Below, piece after piece: positions 1 to 12,723 of a stretch of DNA of 64,000 nucleotides; position 1 is the first letter of the stretch, and every line of letters begins with the position of its first letter. Below the pieces are notes generated by a model that did no database searches, was not told the origin of the DNA, and was given only the letters and a program-made list of their open reading frames with translations. This DNA is from Octopus bimaculoides (taxonomy: Eukaryota). The stretch is from NCBI RefSeq assembly GCF_001194135.2, contig NC_068993.1, positions 62,343,730 through 62,407,729 on the forward strand, written 5' to 3'. The position numbers and the translations under genes were made by a program.

Positions 1-62
1 ATGTAATCGACTTATCCCACTTCCCGACATTTCTGGTTTTGTGACAAAATTTGAAACCAATC
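1..62 (+). mobile_element. 3' tail fragment of SINE family A (subtype ending ...aaaatttgaaaccaat)
   Basis: atgtaatcgactt...ttgtgacaaaatttgaaaccaat matches the tails of family A copies at 6730-6760, 16620 and 29670. Confidence 0.6.
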
Positions 63-346
63 AAAAGCTAAATATATACATTTTAATGTACAAAATTCGT
101 TTTTAGTTGTTGATAATAAATAACCTTGTAATTATTATTGCGATGCATTTTAAACTAAGGAAGCATTATCATCATCATCATCAGCATTATCAGGCTACCA
201 TTATCATCGTTATCAACATTATCATGATCATAATTGTTATGAAGTTCACTATCATCAGTATCAGGATCATTATAAAGCTAATCCCCAATACCATGACCAT
301 TATCATCATCAACATTGTGATGATCACTATACTTACGATCATAATC

Positions 347-466
347 TTACATTATTGGAGTCTACATTATTGGAGTCTACATTATTGGAGTCTACATTAT
401 TGGAGTCTACATTATTGGAGTCTACATTATTGGAGTCTACATTATTGGAGTCTACATTATTGGTCA
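347..466. repeat. 15-bp minisatellite (CTACATTATTGGAGT) x8
   Basis: Eight tandem units read directly; they translate as LHYWS x8 in ORF 107..616. Preceded by a degenerate (ATC)n tract at 107-345. Confidence 0.95.
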
Positions 467-632
467 GGTGGTGTAAACGAAATTATTTGGCTACTCTTTA
501 TGACTTCTATTCTTGTTATTCTGTTATTATTGATAGTATTTCGACTTTGGCCATGCTGCAGCACTAAGTACAATGGTTTTAAAAAATCATATCGATACCA
601 GTATTTATTTTTTTAATATCTGGCAATTATTA

Positions 633-836
633 AGGTGGCGAGCTGGCAGAATCGTTAGGACGCCGGGCGAAATGCTTGGCGGTATTTCGTCTGTCTACGT
701 TCTGAGTTCAAATTCTGTTGAGGTCGACTTTGTCTTTCCGATAAATTAAGTACCTGTTACGCACTGGGGTCGATCGAATCAACTAGTCCCCCTTCCCCTA
801 AAATTTCGGGCCTTGTGCGTAGAGTAGAAAAGAATA
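633..836 (+). mobile_element. tRNA-derived SINE family A, full length
   Basis: Head ggtggcgagctggcagaatcgttag (A-box-like), B-box-like gagttcaaattc, body gaggtcgactttg...gataaattaagtacc (Nin/Deu-domain-like), tail gagtagaaaagaat; many homologous copies in the window. Confidence 0.9.
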
Positions 837-879
837 GCTGGAAATTATTTTATCGTTCTCTTTCTGTCGAACCGTTAAT

Positions 880-1070
880 TTACGGGTTATGAATAAAACA
901 TAGACACGGACAAGAAAGCAGACATAAACACAGACATGAACGCACACACATACGAGGGGTTTCTGCAAAAATTCCATCAATCAAAGTGCGCTCAGAAAGC
1001 GTTGGTCGAATCGAGGTTGTAGAAGATACTTTCTTAAGCAGGCACACAGTGAAACTTAACCTGAAACAAA
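880..1070 (-). mobile_element. SINE family B fragment
   Basis: acacacacatacgaggggtttctgc...gaagatactttc homologous to the full copy at 48255-48716. Confidence 0.6.
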
Positions 1071-1105
1071 ACACGTTGACTATTTTGGAGACAATTGGAA
1101 CAAAA

Positions 1106-1324
1106 TTATTCTTTTCTACTCAAGGCACGAGGCCCAAAATTTTTGGGGAGGGGGGTCAGTCGATTACATCGACCCCAGAACGCAACTGGCACTTAATTTA
1201 TCGACTCCGAAAGGATGAAAGGCAAAGTCGACCTCGGCGGAATTTGAACTCAGAACACAAAGACAGACGAAATACCGCTAAACATTTCGCCCGGCGTGCT
1301 AACGTTTCTGCCAACTCACCGCCT
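1106..1324 (-). mobile_element. SINE family A, full length
   Basis: Reverse complement of 633-836 (gaaaggatgaaaggcaaagtcgacctcggcggaatttgaactcagaac). Confidence 0.9.
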
Positions 1325-2392
1325 TTTTTTAGAATAAACTTATTACCAAAGCAAATCTACCCTGTAATAATATTACACGTGGCCTGGTAGCATTTCTACT
1401 CAAAGTGGATGTTGTGCTAGAACACAAAATATTGCGTTATTTACTACAAGAGGACCTCTCTTATGGACTTGTGGCACTCATGTTTATGTCGCTGGAGAGT
1501 GAAGAAGCGGAGGTTATCGCTCGTCAGTGATATAAACAGGAGTGCTTTTATGCAGCACAAATGCATTTGAGAGGGCCTTCTCGTGGTAAATCACGCAGCA
1601 TTTTGTGTATTAACACAACATGCACTTTAAATGGAAGATAAATATTACCTTTTGGTATTAATACTGCATCTGTCGTTATCAACTATTTTACTCGTGACAT
1701 ATTTATAAAATTTAGAGTGTAAAGATGTGAAAATAAAGCAAAAAGAAAATTAGAAAGAAAATATGAGAAGGTAATCCACAAAATATAAAAACAAGTACGT
1801 AAATCAATGAATAAAATGAATAAACATAAACGAAATAAAGTAGCTGGAAAATATAAATTAGCATAGTAAAATGAAAACAAAGATATTGTTGGTTGGTACT
1901 GTAGCATCCCTGACGAGGCGACCTTGTTTTTCAGGCGTAATAATCATTCATTATCCTATTAGTCGTTCCCTTTTGTAAAACGGTTTGATTTAAGCACTTA
2001 ACTGATATTTGTAGAGGGTCGAACAACCACAACCACAGAAATTTCTATGTTTGGTACAAAATCAATAAATTCACAGAGCAGAGGTAGAATGAAGTGAATC
2101 GATATTACATCGAATCACAGAACATTACTGGTCATTCGTTATGTTATCGATTTGTGGTGGTACTTAATGAAAGTGAAAATTAATCTCGGCAGAATTTCAA
2201 TAGAGAACATAAAGCGAGGGAAGTAAATAACGTAAAACCCGATATAAACTCACTTTAAAAAAAAAAAAACAGAAAGAACAAATATAGAATATAGGAAAGT
2301 GTTATGCTTAAAAAAAGAAAATCAAATCATAAAACGATTGCAGAGTGGAAGACACGTTTCAGCCATTTAAAAACACACAAAAACTGCTAACT

Positions 2393-2450
2393 TCAGTCGT
2401 TCTGGTTGGGTGCTCATAGTTGGTCATGAGCAACCAACCAGAACGAGTGA
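2393..2450. other. Near-perfect hairpin with 20-bp arms and an 8-nt loop
   Basis: 2398-2417 cgttctggttgggtgctcat pairs with 2426-2445 atgagcaaccaaccagaacg with 1 mismatch. Confidence 0.9.
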
Positions 2451-2590
2451 CCTAATTAGAATAGAACAAAAAACTCTGCTGCCTATGTCTATATCAACCA
2501 ACAACCTCATAAACTAGATGCTGAGGAATCGTGTCAGTGACCAAGTCGTAGATGGCGCGAGGAAAGTTTTGACACCAAATAAGAAATGTT

Positions 2591-2801
2591 TACGAGGGGG
2601 TGTAGGAAAGTTCCTGTAAAAGAAAATACAGGAAGATCAGTCAATTGGGTGCATTCAACATATCATCCTCTCAGATTTGCACACTTATTGCAGCGGTCCT
2701 TCAGTTTTTCTAAGCCCTGTAAAAGAACTCGGAAGGTTGGGCTTCTAGCCAGGCCTTTCGCGACACCCTTAAAGCCACGAAAGTTTTAACAGCCCTTCGT
2801 A
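2591..2801 (-). mobile_element. Mariner (Tc1/mariner) non-autonomous derivative
   Basis: Imperfect TIRs tacgagggggtgtaggaaagttcctg / ccacgaaagttttaacagcccttcgta with TA ends; minus strand encodes LQGLEKLKDRCNKCANLRG*YVE, like a mariner transposase C-terminus. Confidence 0.8.
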
Positions 2802-3031
2802 AGTGAAGTTAACAGTCTTTGTGTGTGTGTGTGTGTGTGTGTNNNNNNNNNNNNNNNNNNNNNNNNNNNNNNNNNNNNNNNNNNNNNNNNNNNNNNNNNN
2901 NNNNNNNNNNNNNNNNNNNNNNNNNNNNNNNNNNNNNNNNNNNNNNNNNNNNNNNNNNNNNNNNNNNNNNNNNNNNNNNNNNNNNNNNNNNNNNNNNNNN
3001 NNNNNNNNNNNNNNNNNNNNNNNNNNNNNNN

Positions 3032-3125
3032 GTCCCCGTAACTTAGCGGTTCGGCAAAAGAGACCGATAGAATAAGTACTGGGCTTACAAAGAATAAATC
3101 AAATGACTGAAACGAGAAAAAGAGT
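3032..3125 (+). mobile_element. SINE family B 3' fragment
   Basis: gtccccgtaacttagcggttcggcaaaagagaccgatagaataagtact...aaatgactgaaac. Confidence 0.85.
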
Positions 3126-3346
3126 AAATGTTTATATCAGTTAATCTATTTTCGACCTTTCGACCCCCTTCGTTGTGTTTTTTTTGCTTCATTTTTTGTT
3201 TAATCAAATTTGAAGGATGCAGATTCACATATCTCACCAAGAGAGCAATGATAGTCCGCTGCAGCAGTTCTCAGCCGAGTGAAATGTTTCTATGGTTTTG
3301 GCACACGTCTTATATGAGTAACATACGAAGATGGTCAACGACTCAC

Positions 3347-3470
3347 AGGAAGTTGATTCGAAATCAGAATTCGCGAACTGGTAGTAATAAATTGGTTGCT
3401 TCGCATTAGCTTGTCTATTCCGTGCAGAATCTGAGGCATTGGACTTATGTAAGAAAGAATATCATCTATT
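3347..3470 (-). CDS. Candidate exon of an unknown minus-strand transcript
   Basis: Acceptor ttctgtttacttcag, donor cct|gtgagt; open frame IDDILSYISPMPQILHGIDKLMRSNQFITTSSRILISNQLP; no recognised homology. Confidence 0.3.
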
Positions 3471-3530
3471 CTGAAGTAAACAGAATGTAGTTTTCTTTTT
3501 CTTATGAAACATTATATGCTACTCATTTAC

Positions 3531-3544
3531 CTTGGCTTCGTATA
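3531..3544 (-). CDS. Candidate 14-nt microexon
   Basis: Acceptor tttattttttctgtcag, exon TATACGAAGCCAAG, donor gtaaat; a 60-nt intron separates it from the 3470 acceptor. Confidence 0.3.
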
Positions 3545-4404
3545 CTGACAGAAAAAATAAACCATTTTTTTTATCATATCAGTTTACGAATACGTGTCTT
3601 TTTATATTATTTTATTCTCGGCTGAATGGTTCTGCTTTAAACACGAGATATTTCTTTTCTCCAAGGTACATAAACAAAACATGTGCTTTTCGTAATGATT
3701 CTAATGTAACTTCGGTCACCAAAATAGAAGACTTTACTTTCCGAGTGGTTGGAAAAGAAAATAGTAATTCTAACGATGTTCGAGCATGTCTTCAAGAAAC
3801 CAAATATATGGAAGAACATTAAACAATTTTGTCCGATTTTTACTATGGAAGTGGATTCCATGAATCAATAGCAGTAAATACCGAAGAGCGTTTAGTCAGA
3901 CATTAGCCGTGTCTGATTCTCTGCAAAACTGGTTAATTTGACCTTCACTCCGTTAACGCTTCTTACTTTCCTTCCATGTTGCACTACTTTTAATAAGAAA
4001 TTCTTCTCCATTTATCGCAGAGTAATTCATATAAGTTTATTCACTGTCACTGCTGTGCTTTGAATAAGACATTGAAACTATCATACTCACAGAACTGGTA
4101 ACAGGTGAGAACTGAAAATAGCTCTGTGGTTTACTAATTCGCTACGTCGTGATGGAATTTTCCCACACGAAGATTGAGTGATGATTTGAAAGAAATGCGA
4201 TATCTTGACAGATTTACGGATATAAAACACGGAACATGAACCTAAATAAATAAGAAAATGCCAACATGGCAAGCAAACGGAGCGCTGCATATATTCACAC
4301 CTTGTCTTATTTTCGTATTAAAACTTATATTGCATCCGATTTTTGTAAATAGTATAAAAAAATAATAAATTAGTTGAACTCATCACTTGTAACACTAATA
4401 TATT

Positions 4405-4640
4405 CTTTTATTTGTTTCAGTCAATTCACTGTGGCCATGCTGGAGCACCACCTTTAGTCGAACAAATCAACCCCAGGACACGGACACACACAAATACGAC
4501 GGACTTCTTTCAGTTTCTGTCTACCAAATCCACTCACAAGGCTTTGGCCGTCCCGAGTCTATAGTAGGAGACACTTGCCCAAGGTACCACACTTGCCCAA
4601 GGTGCTACTTGCCCAAGGTGCCACTTGCCCAAGGTGCCAC
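4405..4640 (-). mobile_element. SINE family B, head missing, with an internal tandem amplification
   Basis: ttatttgtttcagtca...ggccatgctggagcacc...gtctaccaaatccactcacaagg; acttgcccaaggtgcc repeated 4 times at 4571-4638. Confidence 0.85.
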
Positions 4641-5404
4641 ACGTGACTTTTCAACGATATACATAGGTTACATGTGTCATATAGGTAAAAATTATTTTAA
4701 CGTTGCTTGAATTTGCTTCGAAAACTAATGTAAAATGTTAACTATCTCATCTATTTAAATAACTGTCCCTGATTATATAAAATCCGAAGCTCGCAAACTA
4801 TTATAGAAAATAAAAATCAGAATAAAACTAATTTCTATCAACGATGATACAATTATGAAACACGGAGATCATAGAATGTTTCGTCCATTATTATCATTTT
4901 TATCAGAAACAACTCAGTATAGAAACTATCACGAAACTATCGTATATTATTCGACTCTAAAAGATCTGGATATCAAAAATCGCAGCGACTCCAGAGTAAT
5001 GAAATGGAGAAAAACGTCGAGCGAAATGACGCCATTAAAATAGATTTAAAAAAAAAAATAGAGACTAAACAAACAAACAAAACGTAAAGTAAAACAGAAC
5101 CGTAACACAAGAATGTAACCATTCTAGCAACAAGCAATTTAGTTTTATACATTTAGCGATTATCTTCGAGATTCCAATTTAAATAAATGTTGTGAATTAT
5201 ATTCTATGGGAATGAATATGTAACTCTGCAGTTGAGAGTGAGCATTTTGTGTGTATGTATGACCATAAATTACTTGAGTATGTATGAGGGTAAGGATATA
5301 AGTTAGTTACGTTCATAAACAACGTCATCACGTGTATTTGCGTATACAAATGTAGAAGTCTGTTGGCAGATTTCGTTTAGCATATTTAAGTTATATATGT
5401 ATAG

Positions 5405-5458
<54 letters not shown>

Positions 5459-5778
5459 NNNNNNNNNNNNNNNNNNNNNNNNNNNNNNNNNNNNNNNNNN
5501 NNNNNNNNNNNNNNNNNNNNNNNNNNNNNNNNNNNNNNNNNNNNNNNNNNNNNNNNNNNNNNNNNNNNNNNNNNNNNNNNNNNNNNNNNNNNNNNNNNNN
5601 NNNNNNNNNNNNNNNNNNNNNNNNNNNNNNNNNNNNNNNNNNNNNNNNNNNNNNNNNNNNNNNNNNNNNNNNNNNNNNNNNNNNNNNNNNNNNNNNNNNN
5701 NNNNNNNNNNNNNNNNNNNNNNNNNNNNNNNNNNNNNNNNNNNNNNNNNNNNNNNNNNNNNNNNNNNNNNNNNNNNNN

Positions 5779-5820
<42 letters not shown>

Positions 5821-6559
5821 CATATATACATACAAAATACAGGATAATAAAGTCTGGAATACTTTTAGTCATGCAGTTTATTTAATGAGGGTGGCCTGCA
5901 GTTAAAAAATAACAACCCTTCGACCCAGCATTCGATCCTGTGAAAGAGGGTCTATGATTTTACTTGCGCTGCTAGAAATATCAGTCACTGCCCATCCAAT
6001 CACATGTTAACATCTTTAAAAAAATGTGCAGTGCATACTAGAACATACTGTTTAGAAGAGACCTACTGAAATGATATGGCAATGGATCGACTGAATTTTG
6101 AAAAATTATAGGTCTCCTCGCTCGAGTTTGACCCCAAGACAAAGCGACAGCCACAAAACTAGTAGCAGCATTTCAGCTGCTGCTAGTTCATTAACTCAGT
6201 TACTGATCTAAGATCATTAACTCAGTTACTGATCTATTTTCGCTTAAAGTATGTCCTTTAGACAGGACATAGGTTAAGTTGAAATAGAAATCTAAGGTCA
6301 TTCAGGCGGAAATATATGTTGATTAAGTATCTAAATGTCTGAAATAAGTTGTTACTATGATTAAACATGTTCAGGCTATTAAACACATCTTTAAAGATGA
6401 ACATTATTTTAATATTTGCAGCCGCAAAATGAAATTAATAGTTAAAAAAAAAAGAAAAAACAATTATGAGAGGCGTCGTCGTTGGAATTGTTTTTGTTTA
6501 CCTTTCGTTATTGTTGTTTTGCCTCAAATCACCTTAGTTCGTTCGTCCTGTCTTTATAG

Positions 6560-6760
6560 AGGCGGCAAGCTAACAACACCATTGACGCGCCGGGCAAAAT
6601 GCTTAGCGGCGTTTCGTTAGTTTTTACGTTCTGAGTTCAAATTCCGCTGAAGTAGACTTTGCCTTTCATTCTTTCGGGGTCGATAAAATAAATACTAATT
6701 GAACACCGGTATTGATATAATCGACTTTGCTGGCCTTCTGCTAGAATTTGAAACCAATGG
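6560..6760 (+). mobile_element. SINE family A
   Basis: ggcggcaagc...gttctgagttcaaattccgc...gcctttcattctttcggggtcgataaaata. Confidence 0.85.
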
Positions 6761-7687
6761 TATGTTATGGAATATATTAGCCAATTTGTCCTTTTTTAAA
6801 TGGTCACATTTGTGTGGGTTTAGAAAATTTAGCTGCTGTTCCTAGTATATTCAGAAATCACCCGGATGCTCTGTTTTTGCTTGTTTGTTACCAACAGTCA
6901 TAAATGGCACGATTTGTCTACACTTGCTTGCTAATTATAAAGCCAGATCTTGCAGGGAAAATCATCAGTGTATAAAAGATACTAATATTTATAATTACAA
7001 GGATGTAATATGTTTATTATATGATCAATTAATTAACGGCAGCGAAGCACGAGGATAGGATAATTAGTAATGTAAGATAAACATAAGAGTGTCATCTTTG
7101 GTCAACAAACACTATTTAGTTTTGCTATTTTGATATCGTGATTGAAACAAGGATTTTTATTTTTTTGGTTTTCTGCGAGTACAAAAATGAAACTATTTGA
7201 CTAGTTCAAGTTTTTATCAATGTCTTATCAGAGATTCGATACCCATTTACTGACTACAGAGAAATTAGACATTTATAACTATTTGCACGTTTACAAATCC
7301 CGGATAGTATGATCGTACAAGTGTTGGTAACATGAATTAATGAATACATGCAATAAATCAGTAATCTTGAATCATTTCTTATCTAAGGACCCCTTTCATT
7401 ACTATTTTACTTGCGGACCCTCATAGCCATTCGATGTTTTAAAAAGTCCTATTGTATTTTTGTGATTTGAAGTTACAGGTTAAATGTTTTTGTTTACTAA
7501 CTACGAAGTTTAATACACTTTCTAGTAACACACACAGCATTTAATCTGGCTGTGAAATGGTAAACCTGGTGGTTAAACACGTACTCGATTTTCTTTCTCA
7601 GTGGCAATAGTTTCATTTACTAATCATTGATATTAATCTAAACTCTAACTGCTCTTGTCCTTTTATGTTTGTATGTGTTCTCGTGGA

Positions 7688-7748
<61 letters not shown>

Positions 7749-8105
7749 ATATAGATAGAGGGATATATGAAAAAATGAGAAAGAAAGACAGTAGATACAC
7801 AAAAAGATAGATGTTGATTAAGAATATGCGAATATGAGCTGGTGCTTCTTTGTGTATGCATGTGTGTGCGTCTGCGTGTGTGTTTGTGTGTGTGTGTTTA
7901 CTGAGACTGGAAGTATATAATCCTGCATTATTGTAATCATAACATTGCAGGAACACATTACACTAGACAAACTGTCGAAGGTCTTTAGGTAAAAATATAC
8001 TAAAAATATGAAAAGATAAGAAAAAGACTGAAGTCACGTTCGTATTTTAAGGCTAATTCCTGATTGTTGGAACAGTTACAAATCTCTTTCTCTTTCTCTA
8101 ATGTA

Positions 8106-8161
<56 letters not shown>

Positions 8162-8205
8162 GTAGCGTACTTGCTTAAGTAATTAAAATAATATCAGTGA
8201 CGAAA

Positions 8206-8232
8206 CTAATGTCTTTTCTTCACAGCGTAAGT
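8206..8232 (+). promoter_or_regulatory. Splice cassette: branch point, pyrimidine tract, CAG, one nucleotide (C), GTAAGT
   Basis: ctaat gtcttttcttcacag|c|gtaagt read directly. Confidence 0.35.
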
Positions 8233-8698
8233 ATTTCTAATTAGATATTTTAACGCTAATTTGTGTTTTCTAACCAAGTAGGTTGTTACTAATTAGATAT
8301 TTGAACGGGTCACTACATTAAATATGTTTGCAGCAACTTAAATATAACTTGCCTTGCTGGACCGAAAATATCTTCTGTTCGTAAACTTCTATCTTTGTAA
8401 CACATATTTATAGTTAGGTAAACATATCTTATATATATATATAAGTATGTATATATATATATATATATATATAAGTATGTATGTATATATATAAGTATGC
8501 ATGTATGTATAATTTAAATGAGAGAGGTCAGGTTGACATTGCAGCTGCTTCTGTAACTGGACAATATTTTCATTAGATATCTCGTACAGTGTTATGCCAT
8601 TCATACAATGTGATGTAATCACGTCATAACATGGGGAGATATGAAACCATTCTGTAGTACATTCGCTTTTTCAGATGTTATGGTTTGATGGTATCACT

Positions 8699-8747
<49 letters not shown>

Positions 8748-9182
8748 NNNNNNNNNNTGTGTGTGTGTGTGTGTGTGGTTTCCAAAGCTCTTCTCCAGTT
8801 ATCGGCTACCAAATGTTATCATACAGTGGGACTAATCCTGTTGCTGGATATCGATAAATACCATTCTTATAATTAAGGTGTAGGTGATCGACAACTACAA
8901 CCCCGTAAAGCAGTGCTCCAGCATGGCCGTTGCCGTGGCATGCAACCAACAGGTAACGAACGTATGGAGCAGAGCCAACCACACTGTAACTGCGATAGAA
9001 TAGGGAAAGTGAGGAAAGAGCACGTCGAAGGTGCAGAGATTGTAGTGAAGCAGTGAATGACATTGTGCAAATTTATTGATATTTATGAAGTTTAATATGT
9101 TTAAGTGTGTGATGCAAACTTGACCCACTGGTTCTTATCTAGAAAGTTTAGTTAACTTAAAGATATATAAATTAAAAGTAAA

Positions 9183-9517
9183 GACCCCGTTGTTCATGAA
9201 TGACCTTAGGATTGTACCTACAAAGTTACTCTCCGAGGCACAAGTCCGAGCAAGTTTGTTTATGGAAGACCAGCAGTCACCCATGCATAACAATCTCCTC
9301 TCTCCACGCCGCCGTTGTTATCTAGGGGAAAGGCAAAGGGGCCGATACAGCTTGACACCAGTGACGTCGCAACTCATTTCTACAGCTGAATGCACTGAAG
9401 CAACGTAAAATAAAGTGTCTTGCTCAAGTACACAACACACAGCCCGGTCCGGGAATCGAACTCACTACATCATGACTGTGAGCCCGACACTCTAATCACT
9501 GAGCAATTTGCCTTCAC
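9183..9517 (-). mobile_element. tRNA-derived CORE-like SINE family D
   Basis: Minus strand carries a tRNA-like head (gtgaaggc...gagttcgattccc) and cttgagcaagacactt, shared with family C but followed by a different 3' body; second copy at 20858-21106. Confidence 0.8.
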
Positions 9518-10435
9518 ATAATAAATTATTGTCGTTATCTAGCACAGGTCAGTCCTAATAGAGTAGACCTAAGATTAAAAATATGCTGTTTCGATCTTGT
9601 TATCTTTTACTTTGTCAGGCAGGGTGTATCTACGACGATATGTTCCATTGTATCCTTCTTCGAGAGGGTCGTATTGGAGTGTGATTCTACTTTTATTTCT
9701 AGCATGTTGGGTGTTCCGTCATTGGCTCATATTTCTTACAATTGTAAATTTGTGTGTTGTTGTTAAGCATCATTGTGAACAGGAGGTGTGAGGGATTCAG
9801 TTTCAAGGTACATATTTTTAGTTGTGGTGACTGAAGAAGGCGTGCGTGCGTGCGTGCGTGTGTATGTGTATGTGTACGTGTGCATGTGTGCGTGCATGTG
9901 TGTAAATAATCGACGTGATAATGTGTTGAAACTCCACTCTTTCTTTTTCTCTCTTTTTAAATGCCATTTTGGTGAGATAAGATTTCGATTCCCTTTTTTC
10001 TACATCTCAAACTACCCTCCACATAACTTCTCTCCCTTGTATCTTTTCCCTCCCATCTTCTCTTCCTCCCTCCCACCCCACTATTCTTAAACCTGAATGC
10101 CAGAACTACGCAAATGGGTTACATTGCAACTAACCCATTGGGAGTAGATTATATAACATGTACAATGAAGAAATAATAGTAGAATGGATATAATTACAAT
10201 GTCAACGCGAAGATTCGCGCAGAATTGAATATCTAACGAGTATGTTCTACTAAAAAATAATTTCTGTCCCTTTACAAGCAAATCTGATTAGGAAATGTTC
10301 AAAACCTCAAACGAAGTACGAAATTAGGATTTTTTTCATAATGCCAACGTACAGATATATGGAAAAATGAAAATAGAATATTTAAAATGAATGAAATAAT
10401 AACTCACTGTTTCTTCTTACTGGGCACACTAAAGC

Positions 10436-10612
<177 letters not shown>

Positions 10613-10773
10613 CATTACCTTCGTATATGAATACGCACTGGTAAATCAATCCAATATATAACTGGTATTCTATTTTGCATTATCCCAACTTCTGTGAAAT
10701 TCATCTCAGACTAGAAAAGTTCCTGTGTTTCTCATCTTTCACCATAACAACATCATAGCCATTATTAAAAACT

Positions 10774-11270
<497 letters not shown>

Positions 11271-12007
11271 TAAAAATGCTAAAAAATCGAAACAAATACC
11301 ACGAGGCATATGTATGCCACAAAATTTCTGCTGCTGCTACCTAAGAAAATGGTTGTAAAATTCGAGGAAAATAAAATATACAGATATAACATCAAATACC
11401 ACATGATAAACCTGCCAACATTCTTCATGATAATAATGCACTAATTATCGACCAAGCACTCCGAAATGACTTTATTGTTGTGCACAACTGAGCAGAAAAG
11501 CTAAGAAATTACACGGCTTAACTGCTATGAATTTTGTGTTTTAACTAAGTATTGTGTCTAACGACACCAACTAAATGATGCATNNNNNNNNNNNNNNNNN
11601 NNNNNNNNNNNNNNNNNNNNNNNNNNNNNNNNNNNNNNNNNNNNNNNNNNNNNNNNNNNNNNNNNNNNNNNNNNNNNNNNNNNNNNNNNNNNNNNNNNNN
11701 NNNNNNNNNNNNNNNNNNNNNNNNNNNNNNNNNNNNNNNNNNNNNNNNNNNNNNNNNNNNNNNNNNNNNNNNNNNNNNNNNNNNNNNNNNNNNNNNNNNN
11801 NNNNNNNNNNNNNNNNNNNNNNNNNNNNNNNNNNNNNNNNNNNNNNNNNNNNNNNNNNNNNNNNNNNNNNNNNNNNNNNNNNNNNNNNNNNNNNNNNNNN
11901 NNNNNNNNNNNNNNNNNNNNNNNNNNNNNNNNNNNNNNNNNNNNNNNNNNNNNNNNNNNNNNNNNNNNNNNNNNNNNNNNNNNNNNNNNNNNNNNNNNNN
12001 NNNNNNN

Positions 12008-12045
<38 letters not shown>

Positions 12046-12292
12046 TTTAAAAAGCATAGGAGAAAGAAAATGGAGTTCACGAGATTCTATATCCTTTATT
12101 CACCGTGACTAATGTTGGGTCGCGATCGTTGAGAATAAAGAATCTCGTTAATTTAATTTCCTTTCTCTCATAAACTTTACGGACAGAAAGGAATTACAGA
12201 AATAAATTCAGTCGCATATATCTCCATACTGTTTTAGACATCAGATAGTCAAATAATGTGAACGGGCTTTAAACACCATACTACAAGGTGTA

Positions 12293-12520
12293 GTACCTGT
12301 AATTGGGGTCCTTGGCTATGTAACACACTGCCTAAATACCAATCTTGGGAAATTAGGCTTCTCAAAACCTGAAAGGAGAAAGCTAATTCGAAGACTACAG
12401 ATCTAATCCATCACTGGAAGTATAAAAATCTGTAAAACTTTCCAGACGTCTATCATTTAAGTATATATGAACATGTCTAGATATGCAAAAAACAAAACAT
12501 GCAAATCTTGAAATTGAACA
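12293..12520 (+). mobile_element. 3' end of an R4/Dong-like (RLE-type) non-LTR retrotransposon
   Basis: Translates VPVIGVLGYVTHCLNTNLGKLGFSKPERRKLIRRLQI*SITGSIKICKTFQTSII* (12293-12460), resembling the C-terminus of R4/Dong-clade ORFs. Confidence 0.7.
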
Positions 12521-12723
12521 TCTTGTATTAAATATTCTTGTTAACTTTGAATATTTCCATTAACCGTGAACATCTGTGTTAGTCTTCAACATTTTTTATC
12601 CGTTTTCTCAACGATGCACCTAATTTATTCTCCAAAAAGCGGAAAAAACTTTTGATGAATGTTTCGAAACGCAAATCATCAAAATACCATAATAATAGTG
12701 AAAATGATTTAGTAATAATAATG

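Noticed and set aside
4255-4300. AACATGGC (YY1-like) start context with ATG GCA AGC AAA
   Set aside because: Short ORF with no convincing donor; it cannot be called a transcription or translation start.
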